Assembly: GCA_964347285.1 (NCBI GenBank) | Contig: CAYFYE010000013.1 | Span: 1 to 34,241, forward strand | DNA: 34,241 bases | From: an uncultured Acidimicrobiia bacterium | GTDB lineage: Bacteria; Actinomycetota; Acidimicrobiia; Spongiisociales; JAOTWH01 | Direction: 5' to 3' | The notes under the pieces: model-generated | Database searches by the model: none | Seen by the model: only the letters and a program-made list of their open reading frames with translations | Told to the model about the DNA's origin: nothing | Translations under genes and position numbers: made by a program | Shown here: positions 18,450-26,764 of the stretch, piece by piece | Position numbering within the stretch: position 1 is the stretch's first letter | Layout of the letters: the number at the start of each line of letters is the position of its first letter

Positions 18450-18526
18450 GGCCGGGCCAACCGCGGCGATTGTAGGCGCGGTGGGGAATCTCACGATCGG
18501 AGGTCGGGTCCGGATACGATGACCAC

Positions 18527-19300
18527 GTGATCGATTTTCCGCCCGTCCGTCCCGGCGAGCCGCTCGCGATCTCCGCCTCGTCGTTCGTGGCCTTCGAGCG
18601 TTGTCCGGAGAGCGCTGCGGCCCGCTACCGGGGTGAGTACGGGCCGGACTCCAAGGCCGGATTCCTCGGTCAGCTGTCGCACCGGGTGTTCGCCCGCCAC
18701 CTCAACGGCGGGCCGATCGCCGAGACCGATTTCCCCCAGGCATGCCGGGAGGAGATCGGCAGCGCTCTCAACCCCAAGATCGGTTCCCTGAGTCTCAAGC
18801 CGAGCGAGGTCGCCTCGGTGATCGAGGAGGTGGGGTCCCTCTATGCCCGTTTCAAGGGGATGGCCTTCGACGGCTTTGCCGGTGCCGAGGTCGCCCTGGA
18901 AGCGATCCCGGCCGACGGGGTGACCCTGCACGGCACCGTCGACGCCGTATTCGCAGATGGCGAAATGGGAACTCGCCTCGTCGACTGGAAGACCGGCCAT
19001 ATCTACGACGACAGCACAGATCAGCTCGCCTTCTACGCGTTGCTGTGGACCCTGGAGAAAGGAGAGCTTCCCGGGCGCGTGGAGGCGATCTCGGTACGGA
19101 GCGGCGAACGGTGGGAAACGGTTCCCAGCCTCGCCGAGGTGGAGCTGACGGCCGGCCGGGTAGCGGTCATGGTCGACGTGCTGCGCGACTCATGGGCTCG
19201 CGGAGTCGAGCCGGCCCGCTCCGGTGGGCCCTGGTGCCGCTACTGCCCGCTCCTGGATTCCTGTACGGAAGGCCAGGCCGCCGCCGCTCTGCCGAGCTAG
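18527..19300 (+). CDS. PD-(D/E)XK nuclease, RecB/AddB-like, with a probable 4Fe-4S cluster
   Basis: SASS...RCP, G..SHRV, GTVDAV, LVDWKTG, QLAFYAL, WCRYCPLLDSC. TACGAT lies 6 nt before the GTG. Confidence 0.9.
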   Translation: MIDFPPVRPGEPLAISASSFVAFERCPESAAARYRGEYGPDSKAGFLGQLSHRVFARHLNGGPIAETDFPQACREEIGSALNPKIGSLSLKPSEVASVIEEVGSLYARFKGMAFDGFAGAEVALEAIPADGVTLHGTVDAVFADGEMGTRLVDWKTGHIYDDSTDQLAFYALLWTLEKGELPGRVEAISVRSGERWETVPSLAEVELTAGRVAVMVDVLRDSWARGVEPARSGGPWCRYCPLLDSCTEGQAAAALPS

Positions 19301-20031
19301 TTGGACAGGATCGAGAACGTGACCTCGATGGTCACGGTCACCGGTACCTGACCGGGTTCGATCGGGGTGACGGGGGCGGGGACCTCCTCCGCGACGGCGA
19401 ACTCACGGGCGGCGACCGGAGTGACGGTGACGCCCTCGGTGATCGAAGTCGGTGGGCCCAACCGCACCCCGCCGAGGTCGGCTAGCTGCTCTGCTTTGCC
19501 CTCGGCGTCGTTCCAAGCCTCGGTCCGGGCCTCCTCGATGAGTGCCTCGTCGTCTTCGATCGAGAAGCGGATGTCGCGTACCACGATCTCGTCGCCGGCG
19601 GCCTCCGCCGCAGCGTCGAAGAGGGCGCCTGCGTTCTCCAAATCGCGGATCTGCACCGTCAACTCGTTGGAGACGCGAAATCCCAGAAGCTCCCGGCCTC
19701 CCTCCCGCGGAAAATCGTACTCGGGGAAGATGGAGTAGTTGGAGGTTTGTACGTCCTCGGCTTCCACCCCGGCGTCGGAAAGCGTGTCGATGAGGTCCTC
19801 GGCGAGCCCGGCGGCTGCGGCGACGGCCTCGTCGGCCGTGTCGCGAAGGACCGACACCCCAATGCTTGCGGTCAGCGTGTCCGGGGCACCGCGAATCTCG
19901 CCCTCGCCGGAAACCGAGATGCCCCGCTGGCCCTGAGAGGCGGCCTCCGCTTCCACGATCACCTCACTGGGCCGCGAGCAGGCGGCCAGCAGCAGCGCGC
20001 CGACGATCCCAATGAACAAAACCCTGCGCAT
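19297..20031 (-). CDS. SIMPL domain (DUF541/BP26-like) lipoprotein
   Basis: Lipobox LAAC, ISVSGEGEIRGAPD, VQTSNYSIFPEY, GFRVSNELTV, KAEQLA, PIEPGQVPVTVTIEVTF. GAGGA RBS. Confidence 0.93.
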   Translation of the reverse strand: MRRVLFIGIVGALLLAACSRPSEVIVEAEAASQGQRGISVSGEGEIRGAPDTLTASIGVSVLRDTADEAVAAAAGLAEDLIDTLSDAGVEAEDVQTSNYSIFPEYDFPREGGRELLGFRVSNELTVQIRDLENAGALFDAAAEAAGDEIVVRDIRFSIEDDEALIEEARTEAWNDAEGKAEQLADLGGVRLGPPTSITEGVTVTPVAAREFAVAEEVPAPVTPIEPGQVPVTVTIEVTFSILSN

Positions 20032-20151
20032 CGTTCCTCGTTCTCCTCGTGTCTCTACTAACAGTACGACGGTTCGGGAGGCACCGGGGTTCCCTCCGTT
20101 CGGCTGGCTCAAGGCGGTATCGCCGGGAGTCGATACTCCTGGAGAAGCATC

Positions 20152-21069
20152 ATGACCTTCGACCGTCCCATTCATGCGGTCTTCGCCGGCGGGGGCGTTC
20201 GGGGTATTGCCATCGCTGGGGCTGCCGCCGCAGCCATGGAGAGCGGATACCGATTCGAGAGCATTGTCGGCACGTCCTCCGGTTCCCTGGTGGCGGCACT
20301 GGTGGTTGCCGGCTACGGGCCCGACGAGCTCGCCGATGCCCTGACGGCCGTTCCCTGGCCGGAACTGGCCGACTCGATGCCCGGGGCCCGTCTGCCCTTC
20401 GTCGGTCGCCACCTGGCCCTTTTTCTCGGGCTGGGTCATCATCGCGGCGACCGTCTCGAACGAGTTTGGCGATCGCTGCTCAAGGTCAAAGGGGTGAGGA
20501 GGTTCGGTGATCTGCCGGAAGGCAGTCTTCGGGTGATTGCCACCGACCTCACCCACCAGCGAGGCGTGATCATCCCCGACGACCTTTCTCGCTACGGAAG
20601 GGTCCCGGAGGAGTTCTCGGTGGCCAGGGCGGTACGGATGTCGTCGGCCGTACCTTTCTTCTACCGGCCGGTGCCGCTGTCCAATCTTCGCCAAGGGCGA
20701 ACAGCCCTCTTTGCGGATGGTGCTCTCACGTCGAACTTCCCGCTGCGACTGGCGCGTTGGGGAGACCGACCGGTGCTCGCTTTCAAGCTCCTCGATTCAG
20801 AATCGGCGGAGGCCCTCTCGGTGCGTGGGCCGGCCTCTCTCGTCAGGGCGGTGGTGGCCGCCAGCGTGCGCGCTTCGGGGACGGTGCGGGGCGCGTTGAT
20901 GGACAAGGCGTTGATGGTGGAGATCCCCGCCGAACACGATCCCCTCGATTTCGACATCACTCCGGCACAGGCGCGCCGCCTTTTCGACGGCGGCAGACAG
21001 GCGACTCTGTCCTACCTGGCACGAATCGAGGGCGGTCAGGCCGTCGCCTTCCCGGACCCCTCCGGTTGA
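20152..21069 (+). CDS. Patatin-like phospholipase
   Basis: GGGVRG, GTSSG nucleophile elbow, AVRMSSAVPFFY, DGALTSNFP. Confidence 0.95.
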   Translation: MTFDRPIHAVFAGGGVRGIAIAGAAAAAMESGYRFESIVGTSSGSLVAALVVAGYGPDELADALTAVPWPELADSMPGARLPFVGRHLALFLGLGHHRGDRLERVWRSLLKVKGVRRFGDLPEGSLRVIATDLTHQRGVIIPDDLSRYGRVPEEFSVARAVRMSSAVPFFYRPVPLSNLRQGRTALFADGALTSNFPLRLARWGDRPVLAFKLLDSESAEALSVRGPASLVRAVVAASVRASGTVRGALMDKALMVEIPAEHDPLDFDITPAQARRLFDGGRQATLSYLARIEGGQAVAFPDPSG

Positions 21070-21146
21070 GAGACCGATTCTCCGATTCGAGTGGCGACCC
21101 GACTTCGTCCTCCGTGGCGGAGAGAAAATCACGGTCCGGAGCCCGC

Positions 21147-22400
21147 TCAGTCGGCCGACACCCCGGCCGCCCGCAGCCGGCGCAGTCCTTCTTCGACGAG
21201 TTCGACGAGAGAGGTTCGCAGCTCATGCAGGCCGTCCTGCACTCCCTCGATCGAGCGGCGCACGTCGGTCAGAGCTCGCTTCTGCGTCGAGAAATGCTTG
21301 GCCAGAGCCCGGAGCCGCTCGAACAGGTCGCCTAGAGCAGCCACGTCGACTCGGTCGTCGCCGGTATCGCTCGTTTCGACGACGGCCCGGGCCCAACGCA
21401 AGGCCGCTTCGGCCAGCGTCCCGTCGCCGGCGTCGACCACGAGCATCCGGTTGCCGTACAGGCCCAGAGGTCCCACCTCGGCCGGGAAGGCGGGGAGCGC
21501 CGAAACGCAGACGGCAAAGCCGGCACTGCGATTGTCTATGGCCCGTTCGAGCTCGGCGAGTATGCCGGTGGGACCGTGGAGAGTCAGCGAGGTCTGGTTC
21601 TTCGCCTCGACGACGATGCGCTGCCCGCCGGGAAGGGTGACGACGAAGTCGCCGACCATCACATCCGCACCGAGCATCCCGGGAAGCCGTGAGGTGCGCT
21701 CGACCGTGCAGCCGCCGAATCCCGCCGCCACACGGCGCAGCGTGACCTCCACTACGTCTTCGAATTCATTCCCTTTGGCCGTGCCTCGCTGCGACTCCTC
21801 TTGCCGGCCCTGCTCTCTGGCGACCAGGGCGGCCAGGCGGTCGAAGCGTTCTTCCATTGCGGCCGCCAGACGGGCCAGGCCCGAGCCGTCGGTGTCGGGG
21901 TCGAGTGCTTCGGTCAGCCGCCGCTCGAGCAAGCCCTCCGGACCCAGGAGGCCGTTGATCTCGTCGATGAAGCGGGAGGCGTGACTGCCGGCCAAGTCGG
22001 GGTCGAGGCCGTCGAGCAGTCGGTCGCGCCACTCGTGGAAGTCCCGTATGGCCCGGCCCAGCAGCGACGTCCGCAGGCCGGGATCGAACTGCTCGGTGAG
22101 CGCCTCGCGGCCAGATTCGAGCAAACGCTCGACGCCGCGTCGGGCATCGGCGGTCACCTCTTCGAAGGCTCGTCGGACTCGGGTGTCGACCTCGGCGAGG
22201 TCGACACCGAGGCCCATCGTGAGCAGGCCGCGCGCACCGACGGCGAGCGCGCGAGCCGAAATGGCCTCCCACTCCTCCTCGGGGTGGGCACGAAGCAGAC
22301 CGGCCAGAGGAGGGTCTGTCACGGCCACCCGGTTGAGGCGGACCTCGTCGCCGTCGACCTCGACTGCGCTCAGGACCGTGACGGGAGCAATGCCGTTCAT
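21147..22400 (-). CDS. Coiled-coil protein with a restriction-endonuclease-like domain (RmuC/DUF2130-like architecture)
   Basis: Long helical N-terminus, then GTAKGNEFE...GDFVV...IVVEAKN, then a C-terminal coiled coil. TACGGT lies 7 nt before the ATG. Confidence 0.75.
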   Translation of the reverse strand: MNGIAPVTVLSAVEVDGDEVRLNRVAVTDPPLAGLLRAHPEEEWEAISARALAVGARGLLTMGLGVDLAEVDTRVRRAFEEVTADARRGVERLLESGREALTEQFDPGLRTSLLGRAIRDFHEWRDRLLDGLDPDLAGSHASRFIDEINGLLGPEGLLERRLTEALDPDTDGSGLARLAAAMEERFDRLAALVAREQGRQEESQRGTAKGNEFEDVVEVTLRRVAAGFGGCTVERTSRLPGMLGADVMVGDFVVTLPGGQRIVVEAKNQTSLTLHGPTGILAELERAIDNRSAGFAVCVSALPAFPAEVGPLGLYGNRMLVVDAGDGTLAEAALRWARAVVETSDTGDDRVDVAALGDLFERLRALAKHFSTQKRALTDVRRSIEGVQDGLHELRTSLVELVEEGLRRLRAAGVSAD

Positions 22401-22501
22401 GTCTGCGACCGTAGCGGGACCCCGTGACAGATTCGGTGAGCCGTGGCGCCAGACCGGGAGAAGGGACCCGGGTCGGGCTCGCGTTATGGAACAATGCCTC
22501 C

Positions 22502-24037
22502 GTGGCTGAGGCATCCCCGAAGAATGCGCGGCGCGCCGCCATCGCTGCGGCGGCAGAAGCGCTCGAGGAAACGCCGCTGCGGCTTCCGTTCGACGATCGG
22601 GCCGAGCGCGACCGGGCGCGTGTCGAGCTGGCGAACTCCATTCGTCGCTACCTTCTCCCGCGCCTGGGAGAGACGGAAGCTCCAGTGGTGGTGGTGTTCG
22701 TCGGCCTGTCGGGCACCGGCAAATCCACCCTCTTCAACTCGCTGGCGGGAAGAAAGATCTCTCCGGCCGGCCCGATGCGACCGACAACGCGCGATCCGGT
22801 CATCTGGGCCCACCGTCGCCATGCCGGCCGGTACTGGTCGGAGTTCGTGACCCGTCTCCGCGAACGGATCGGGCCAACCGTCGAATTGATACTCGACGAG
22901 GACCCTCTCGTAGCGGCCCTCACCCTCGTCGACAGCCCGCCGCCCGATCATTTCGATGAGCACGGGAGGTCCCAGGCCCTCGAACTCGTGTCCGAAGCGG
23001 ACCTGTGCGTCTTCGTGGCCAGCACTTCTCGCTATGCCGATTCCGCCGGATGGGATCTCATGCGCTCGATTCGTGACCTCGGCATTCCGATGCTGCACGT
23101 CCTCAACCGCCTTCCTCCCGATGCCACGTCGAGCACGGCCATCTCCGCCGATTACGCCGGACGCCTGGCGGAAGAGGGTTATCTGGGGGATCCTGACCCG
23201 GAGCTGCTCTTTCCGGTATACGACCAGCACGTCGACATCTCGACCACCGGCCTGGCCGCTCGATCGGTGGCGGCCATTCGCAAGGAGCTCGAGGAGCTGG
23301 CCGATCCAGAATTCCGGACTCGACTCCAGGAGACGGCAATGAGGGCGCTGGTGGCGGAACTGGCCGACCGGGCCCAGGAGGTCCGCGACTACGTGATCGA
23401 GGAGTATGAGGTCTGTAGGAGACTCCGGGCCCTGGTCGGGTCCCGCTACCGGGCCGGCCGGGAGGAGGCGGCGAGAGCGCTCGAGGAAGGTCGCTTTGCC
23501 TTTGCCATCGACACCTGGGACGAGGGAGGGCTCACCGGGGCCCTGACCCGGGAGATCGGCAAGGCGGCGCAGGAATCTGCTGCTGCCTGGGCGGCCGATC
23601 CCATCGGCGTCCGGCTCCTGGAAGGGGAGCAGTCCGGGTTGTGGCGGCATGGCCCAGATGCCGCCCAACAAATAGGCGTCGTCCTCGAGGGGTGGGAGGC
23701 CGGCCTCGAACGGCGGGTGGTCGAGTGGTCCAAGCGAGGACGACTGTGGCCACGCAAGCGCCGGCGCCTTGCCGAAGCTGTGCGTCGCAGTGCGCTGAGA
23801 GCTCCTGATGCCGAGCCCGATGCCGAGATTCTCAAATCCCACGGTGCCGAAGGGGCGCAGATGCTGGTGCCCACCGGCCGGGTCGCGTTGTCCCAAGCAA
23901 TCGAGGACGCGTTTGCCCAGGACAGGGCCCGGTTCGAGGCCGTTGTCGGCGACCCGGAACAACTTCGGGCGCTGGCGACCACGCTGGAAGATCGGGCCGC
24001 CGATCTCGAGAGTTTGATCGAAGAGCTGGCGCGGTGA
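22502..24037 (+). CDS. Dynamin-like GTPase, Streptomyces DynA-like
   Basis: YLLPRL, G1 GLSGTGKST, G2 RPTT, G3-like DSPP, ADLCVFV..SRYAD, G4 LNRL, helical C-terminus. Start position approximate. Confidence 0.85.
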   Translation: MAEASPKNARRAAIAAAAEALEETPLRLPFDDRAERDRARVELANSIRRYLLPRLGETEAPVVVVFVGLSGTGKSTLFNSLAGRKISPAGPMRPTTRDPVIWAHRRHAGRYWSEFVTRLRERIGPTVELILDEDPLVAALTLVDSPPPDHFDEHGRSQALELVSEADLCVFVASTSRYADSAGWDLMRSIRDLGIPMLHVLNRLPPDATSSTAISADYAGRLAEEGYLGDPDPELLFPVYDQHVDISTTGLAARSVAAIRKELEELADPEFRTRLQETAMRALVAELADRAQEVRDYVIEEYEVCRRLRALVGSRYRAGREEAARALEEGRFAFAIDTWDEGGLTGALTREIGKAAQESAAAWAADPIGVRLLEGEQSGLWRHGPDAAQQIGVVLEGWEAGLERRVVEWSKRGRLWPRKRRRLAEAVRRSALRAPDAEPDAEILKSHGAEGAQMLVPTGRVALSQAIEDAFAQDRARFEAVVGDPEQLRALATTLEDRAADLESLIEELAR

Positions 24038-25266
24038 GGGAGCTGGGCGACCTGATAGCGGGCCTCGAGGTGGTGATGCTCCGGGCGCCCCTCGAGCCGG
24101 AGGAGATCACTGAGGCCCGGGAGATCGTCGGCCGCCTGGACGCACACCGGGGTTTTCCGGGCGACGCGTTCGTGTTGGCCTTGGCCGGCGGCACCGGCTC
24201 GGGCAAGTCGAGTTTGCTCAACGCGCTGGCCGGACGGGAAGTCGCCTCGGTGAGTCCGATCCGACCCCATACCGATGCGCCGCTGGTGTGGATGCCGCCC
24301 GATGCTCCGGCCGATCTGATCGATTTGCTCGATGATCTCGCCATCACCCAGCGCGTCGAAGGGGATTCTTTCCCGGGCGTGGCCATCGTGGATCTGCCCG
24401 ACCAGGACAGCATCGTGTTGTCTCACCGCCACACCGTCGCCGAAGTGCTGCCACGAGTGGACGCAGTGGCCTGGGTGTCCGACCCCGACAAGTACCACGA
24501 CCGTGCGCTGCACGACGACTACATCGCGGCAATGCGTGACCATCAGGGTCAGCTGTTCTTCGTGCTGAACAAGGCCGACCTGGTCGACGAGCGACGGCGT
24601 AGTGACCTAGAGCTCGATTTCATGGTCCAGCTCCAGAGGGACGGGATCGCCTCTCCTCGCGTCTTCGTGACGTCAGCCGCTCCGACGATCGGGGAGCCGA
24701 TCGGTGTCGATGCCGTGGCCAAGCACATTCGCGATCGCCTCGGGGCCAAGCGCGTCCTGACCGGCAAGATCCTCTCGGACGTTCGCCATGCGCTGCGGCT
24801 GGTGGCCCAACGGGCCCGGGTGGATCGGGGCACAGATCTCGACTTCGATGCACGCTGGGAGGAAGCCCGCCGAGTGACCGTGGCTGCGCTGACCGACCGC
24901 CCCGACGAAGCAGCGGTCTACGACACGCTGTGTCGTCTCGAGGACTTCGTGGCGATGATGTCGGTCGAGAGCGGAGGGACGTTCGGTCGAAGGGTGGTGG
25001 ACGCCTTCCCGCCGGCCCGACTGGAGCGAGAGTTGAACGGCGCCCTGGCAGCAACCGCAGACGCTCTGGGAGCAAGCGCCCAGAAGAAGCGGCGGGCCCG
25101 AAAGAAGGCCGGAGACGGTGCGGCAGCCGTGACTCTGGCCGCCGAGATCGAGGCACGTTTGGGACGACCGCTTCGCGACATGTTCTGGGAATGGGCCCGC
25201 TTCGGCGCAACGGTGGCCTCGGTGTCGGTCGATACTGCTCAGGCCCAGGCGAAGCTCCGCCGCTGA
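24034..25266 (+). CDS. Dynamin-like GTPase, Streptomyces DynB-like
   Basis: GGTGSGKSS, RPHT, DLPDQDS, WVSDPDKYHDRALH, LNKAD. GTGA overlap with the upstream GTPase gene. Confidence 0.87.
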   Translation: MRELGDLIAGLEVVMLRAPLEPEEITEAREIVGRLDAHRGFPGDAFVLALAGGTGSGKSSLLNALAGREVASVSPIRPHTDAPLVWMPPDAPADLIDLLDDLAITQRVEGDSFPGVAIVDLPDQDSIVLSHRHTVAEVLPRVDAVAWVSDPDKYHDRALHDDYIAAMRDHQGQLFFVLNKADLVDERRRSDLELDFMVQLQRDGIASPRVFVTSAAPTIGEPIGVDAVAKHIRDRLGAKRVLTGKILSDVRHALRLVAQRARVDRGTDLDFDARWEEARRVTVAALTDRPDEAAVYDTLCRLEDFVAMMSVESGGTFGRRVVDAFPPARLERELNGALAATADALGASAQKKRRARKKAGDGAAAVTLAAEIEARLGRPLRDMFWEWARFGATVASVSVDTAQAQAKLRR

Positions 25267-25309
25267 GGAAAACCCCGGGTCGGGGACGATCCTTTTCTAC
25301 GCTGGCGCC

Positions 25310-26389
25310 ATGGCACCGCCCCTCCTCTTCCAAACCTCGGTGATCGACGCCTGCGGCTCCGACCCAGGATTCGTGTGTGAGCGCGTCTTCGAGCTGACCG
25401 ACAGCGAGTTCTTGGGCCGGGCGGCGGAGTGGACGGTGGAGAAACCCATTCGGGTGCTGATCATCTTCGCAGTGGCCTGGTTGGTCAACCGGTTGGTGAA
25501 GCGGGCCATCGAGCGAGGCGTCGATCGACTGGTCGAGCGCCATGAACTGGAAGCGCAGCACCAGCTGCGCGCGGTTCAGGAGGGACCGCTTCGAGATCGG
25601 GCCGCCGCCAAGGTCGACTTCCTGGAGACGCAGAGTCAACGCAAGCGTCAGCGCACCAAGGCCCTCGGCTCGGTACTGGGGAGCTTGGCAACGGCGGTGA
25701 TCTACGTGGTGGCCGCCCTGATCGCTCTGGCCGAGTTCGACATCAACTTGGGCCCGCTGATCGCCGGCGCCGGCATCGCCGGTGTCGCCCTCGGCTTCGG
25801 GGCGCAGACGATCGTGCGCGACTTCCTTTCCGGGATCTTCATGATCGTCGAGGATCAGTACGGGGTGGGCGACATCATCGACTTTGGAGAAGCAACCGGC
25901 GTGGTCGAATCGATCTCGCTGCGGACGACCCGGCTGAGAGATGTGGAGGGGACGGTGTGGTTCGTTCCCAACGGCGAGATCCGTCGGGTGGGCAACAAGT
26001 CGCAACTCTGGGCTCGGGCCGTCCTCGATATCGAGGTGGCTTACGACACCGACTTGAGCAGGGCCGCCGGAGTCATCAAGCGGGTGGCCGACGAGGTGTG
26101 GCGGGAGCAGCCGGAGAGCGCCACGATCATCGAAGAGCCCGAGATCTGGGGGGTGGAGGCGTTCGGGGCCAGTGCCATCGCTATACGCCTCGTGATCAAG
26201 ACGGAGCCCGGGGAGCAGTTTGCCGCCGGCCGCGAGATCCGGGGACGCCTCAAGGCTGCCTTCGACGAGGCCGGTATCGAGATTCCGTTCCCACAGCGCA
26301 CCGTGTGGATGAAGACCGAAGAGCCCGGGGGAGAACCCAGTTCGAACCTGCCCGCCAAGCGACCGCAGGAGCGGCTGCCCGACAGCTGA
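25310..26389 (+). CDS. mscS: Small-conductance mechanosensitive channel family
   Basis: AGAGIAGVALGFGAQTIVRDFLSG, EDQYGVGD, LRTTRLRD, VPNGEI, GIEIPFPQ. Confidence 0.93.
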   Translation: MAPPLLFQTSVIDACGSDPGFVCERVFELTDSEFLGRAAEWTVEKPIRVLIIFAVAWLVNRLVKRAIERGVDRLVERHELEAQHQLRAVQEGPLRDRAAAKVDFLETQSQRKRQRTKALGSVLGSLATAVIYVVAALIALAEFDINLGPLIAGAGIAGVALGFGAQTIVRDFLSGIFMIVEDQYGVGDIIDFGEATGVVESISLRTTRLRDVEGTVWFVPNGEIRRVGNKSQLWARAVLDIEVAYDTDLSRAAGVIKRVADEVWREQPESATIIEEPEIWGVEAFGASAIAIRLVIKTEPGEQFAAGREIRGRLKAAFDEAGIEIPFPQRTVWMKTEEPGGEPSSNLPAKRPQERLPDS

Positions 26390-26472
26390 TGGGGCGACCC
26401 TCCGGGCGTCGTCCGGTGAGGAGCGGGATGCCCCCCGCCGCCCTCCCCAGAGCCCTCCGAGTTGAGCCCGGC

Positions 26473-26694
26473 TCAGTCGCCTCCGGCTTCGTGCTTGAAG
26501 GAAACCCGGACCTTGGCCCGGTAGGCCACCACGCTGCCATCGTCGCCGAGCTGGAGGTCGAGTTGGTCCACTTCGGCGATCCGGAGATCGCGCAGCGTCT
26601 TGCCGGCCGTGTCCACCGCCGTCTTGGCGGCGTCTTCCCACGAGTCGCTGCTGGTCCCCACCAGTTCGATGACCTTGTACACACTGCCGGGCAT
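26473..26694 (-). CDS. Dodecin family flavin-binding protein
   Basis: SVYKVIELVGTSSDSWEDAA, TLRDLRIAEV, YRAKVRVSFK. Strong GGAGGAGG RBS. Confidence 0.95.
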   Translation of the reverse strand: MPGSVYKVIELVGTSSDSWEDAAKTAVDTAGKTLRDLRIAEVDQLDLQLGDDGSVVAYRAKVRVSFKHEAGGD

Positions 26695-26764
26695 TGGGCT
26701 CCTCCTCCTTCGGCACGGCCTCTCGATTCGAGGCTACACCCCCCAGCGGCTGCAGATGATGGTT

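Noticed and set aside
18527..19300. Cas4 or a CRISPR-Cas locus
   Set aside because: No cas1/cas2 and no repeat-spacer array in the window. A solo RecB-like nuclease is sufficient explanation.
20152..21069. CBASS CapV effector
   Set aside because: No CD-NTase or cap ancillary genes nearby.
24620..26716. Long antisense ORFs (698 aa here; also 30572-32569, 22484-23962, 9872-11071)
   Set aside because: Shadow frames of well-supported genes in high-GC DNA, with no recognisable motifs.
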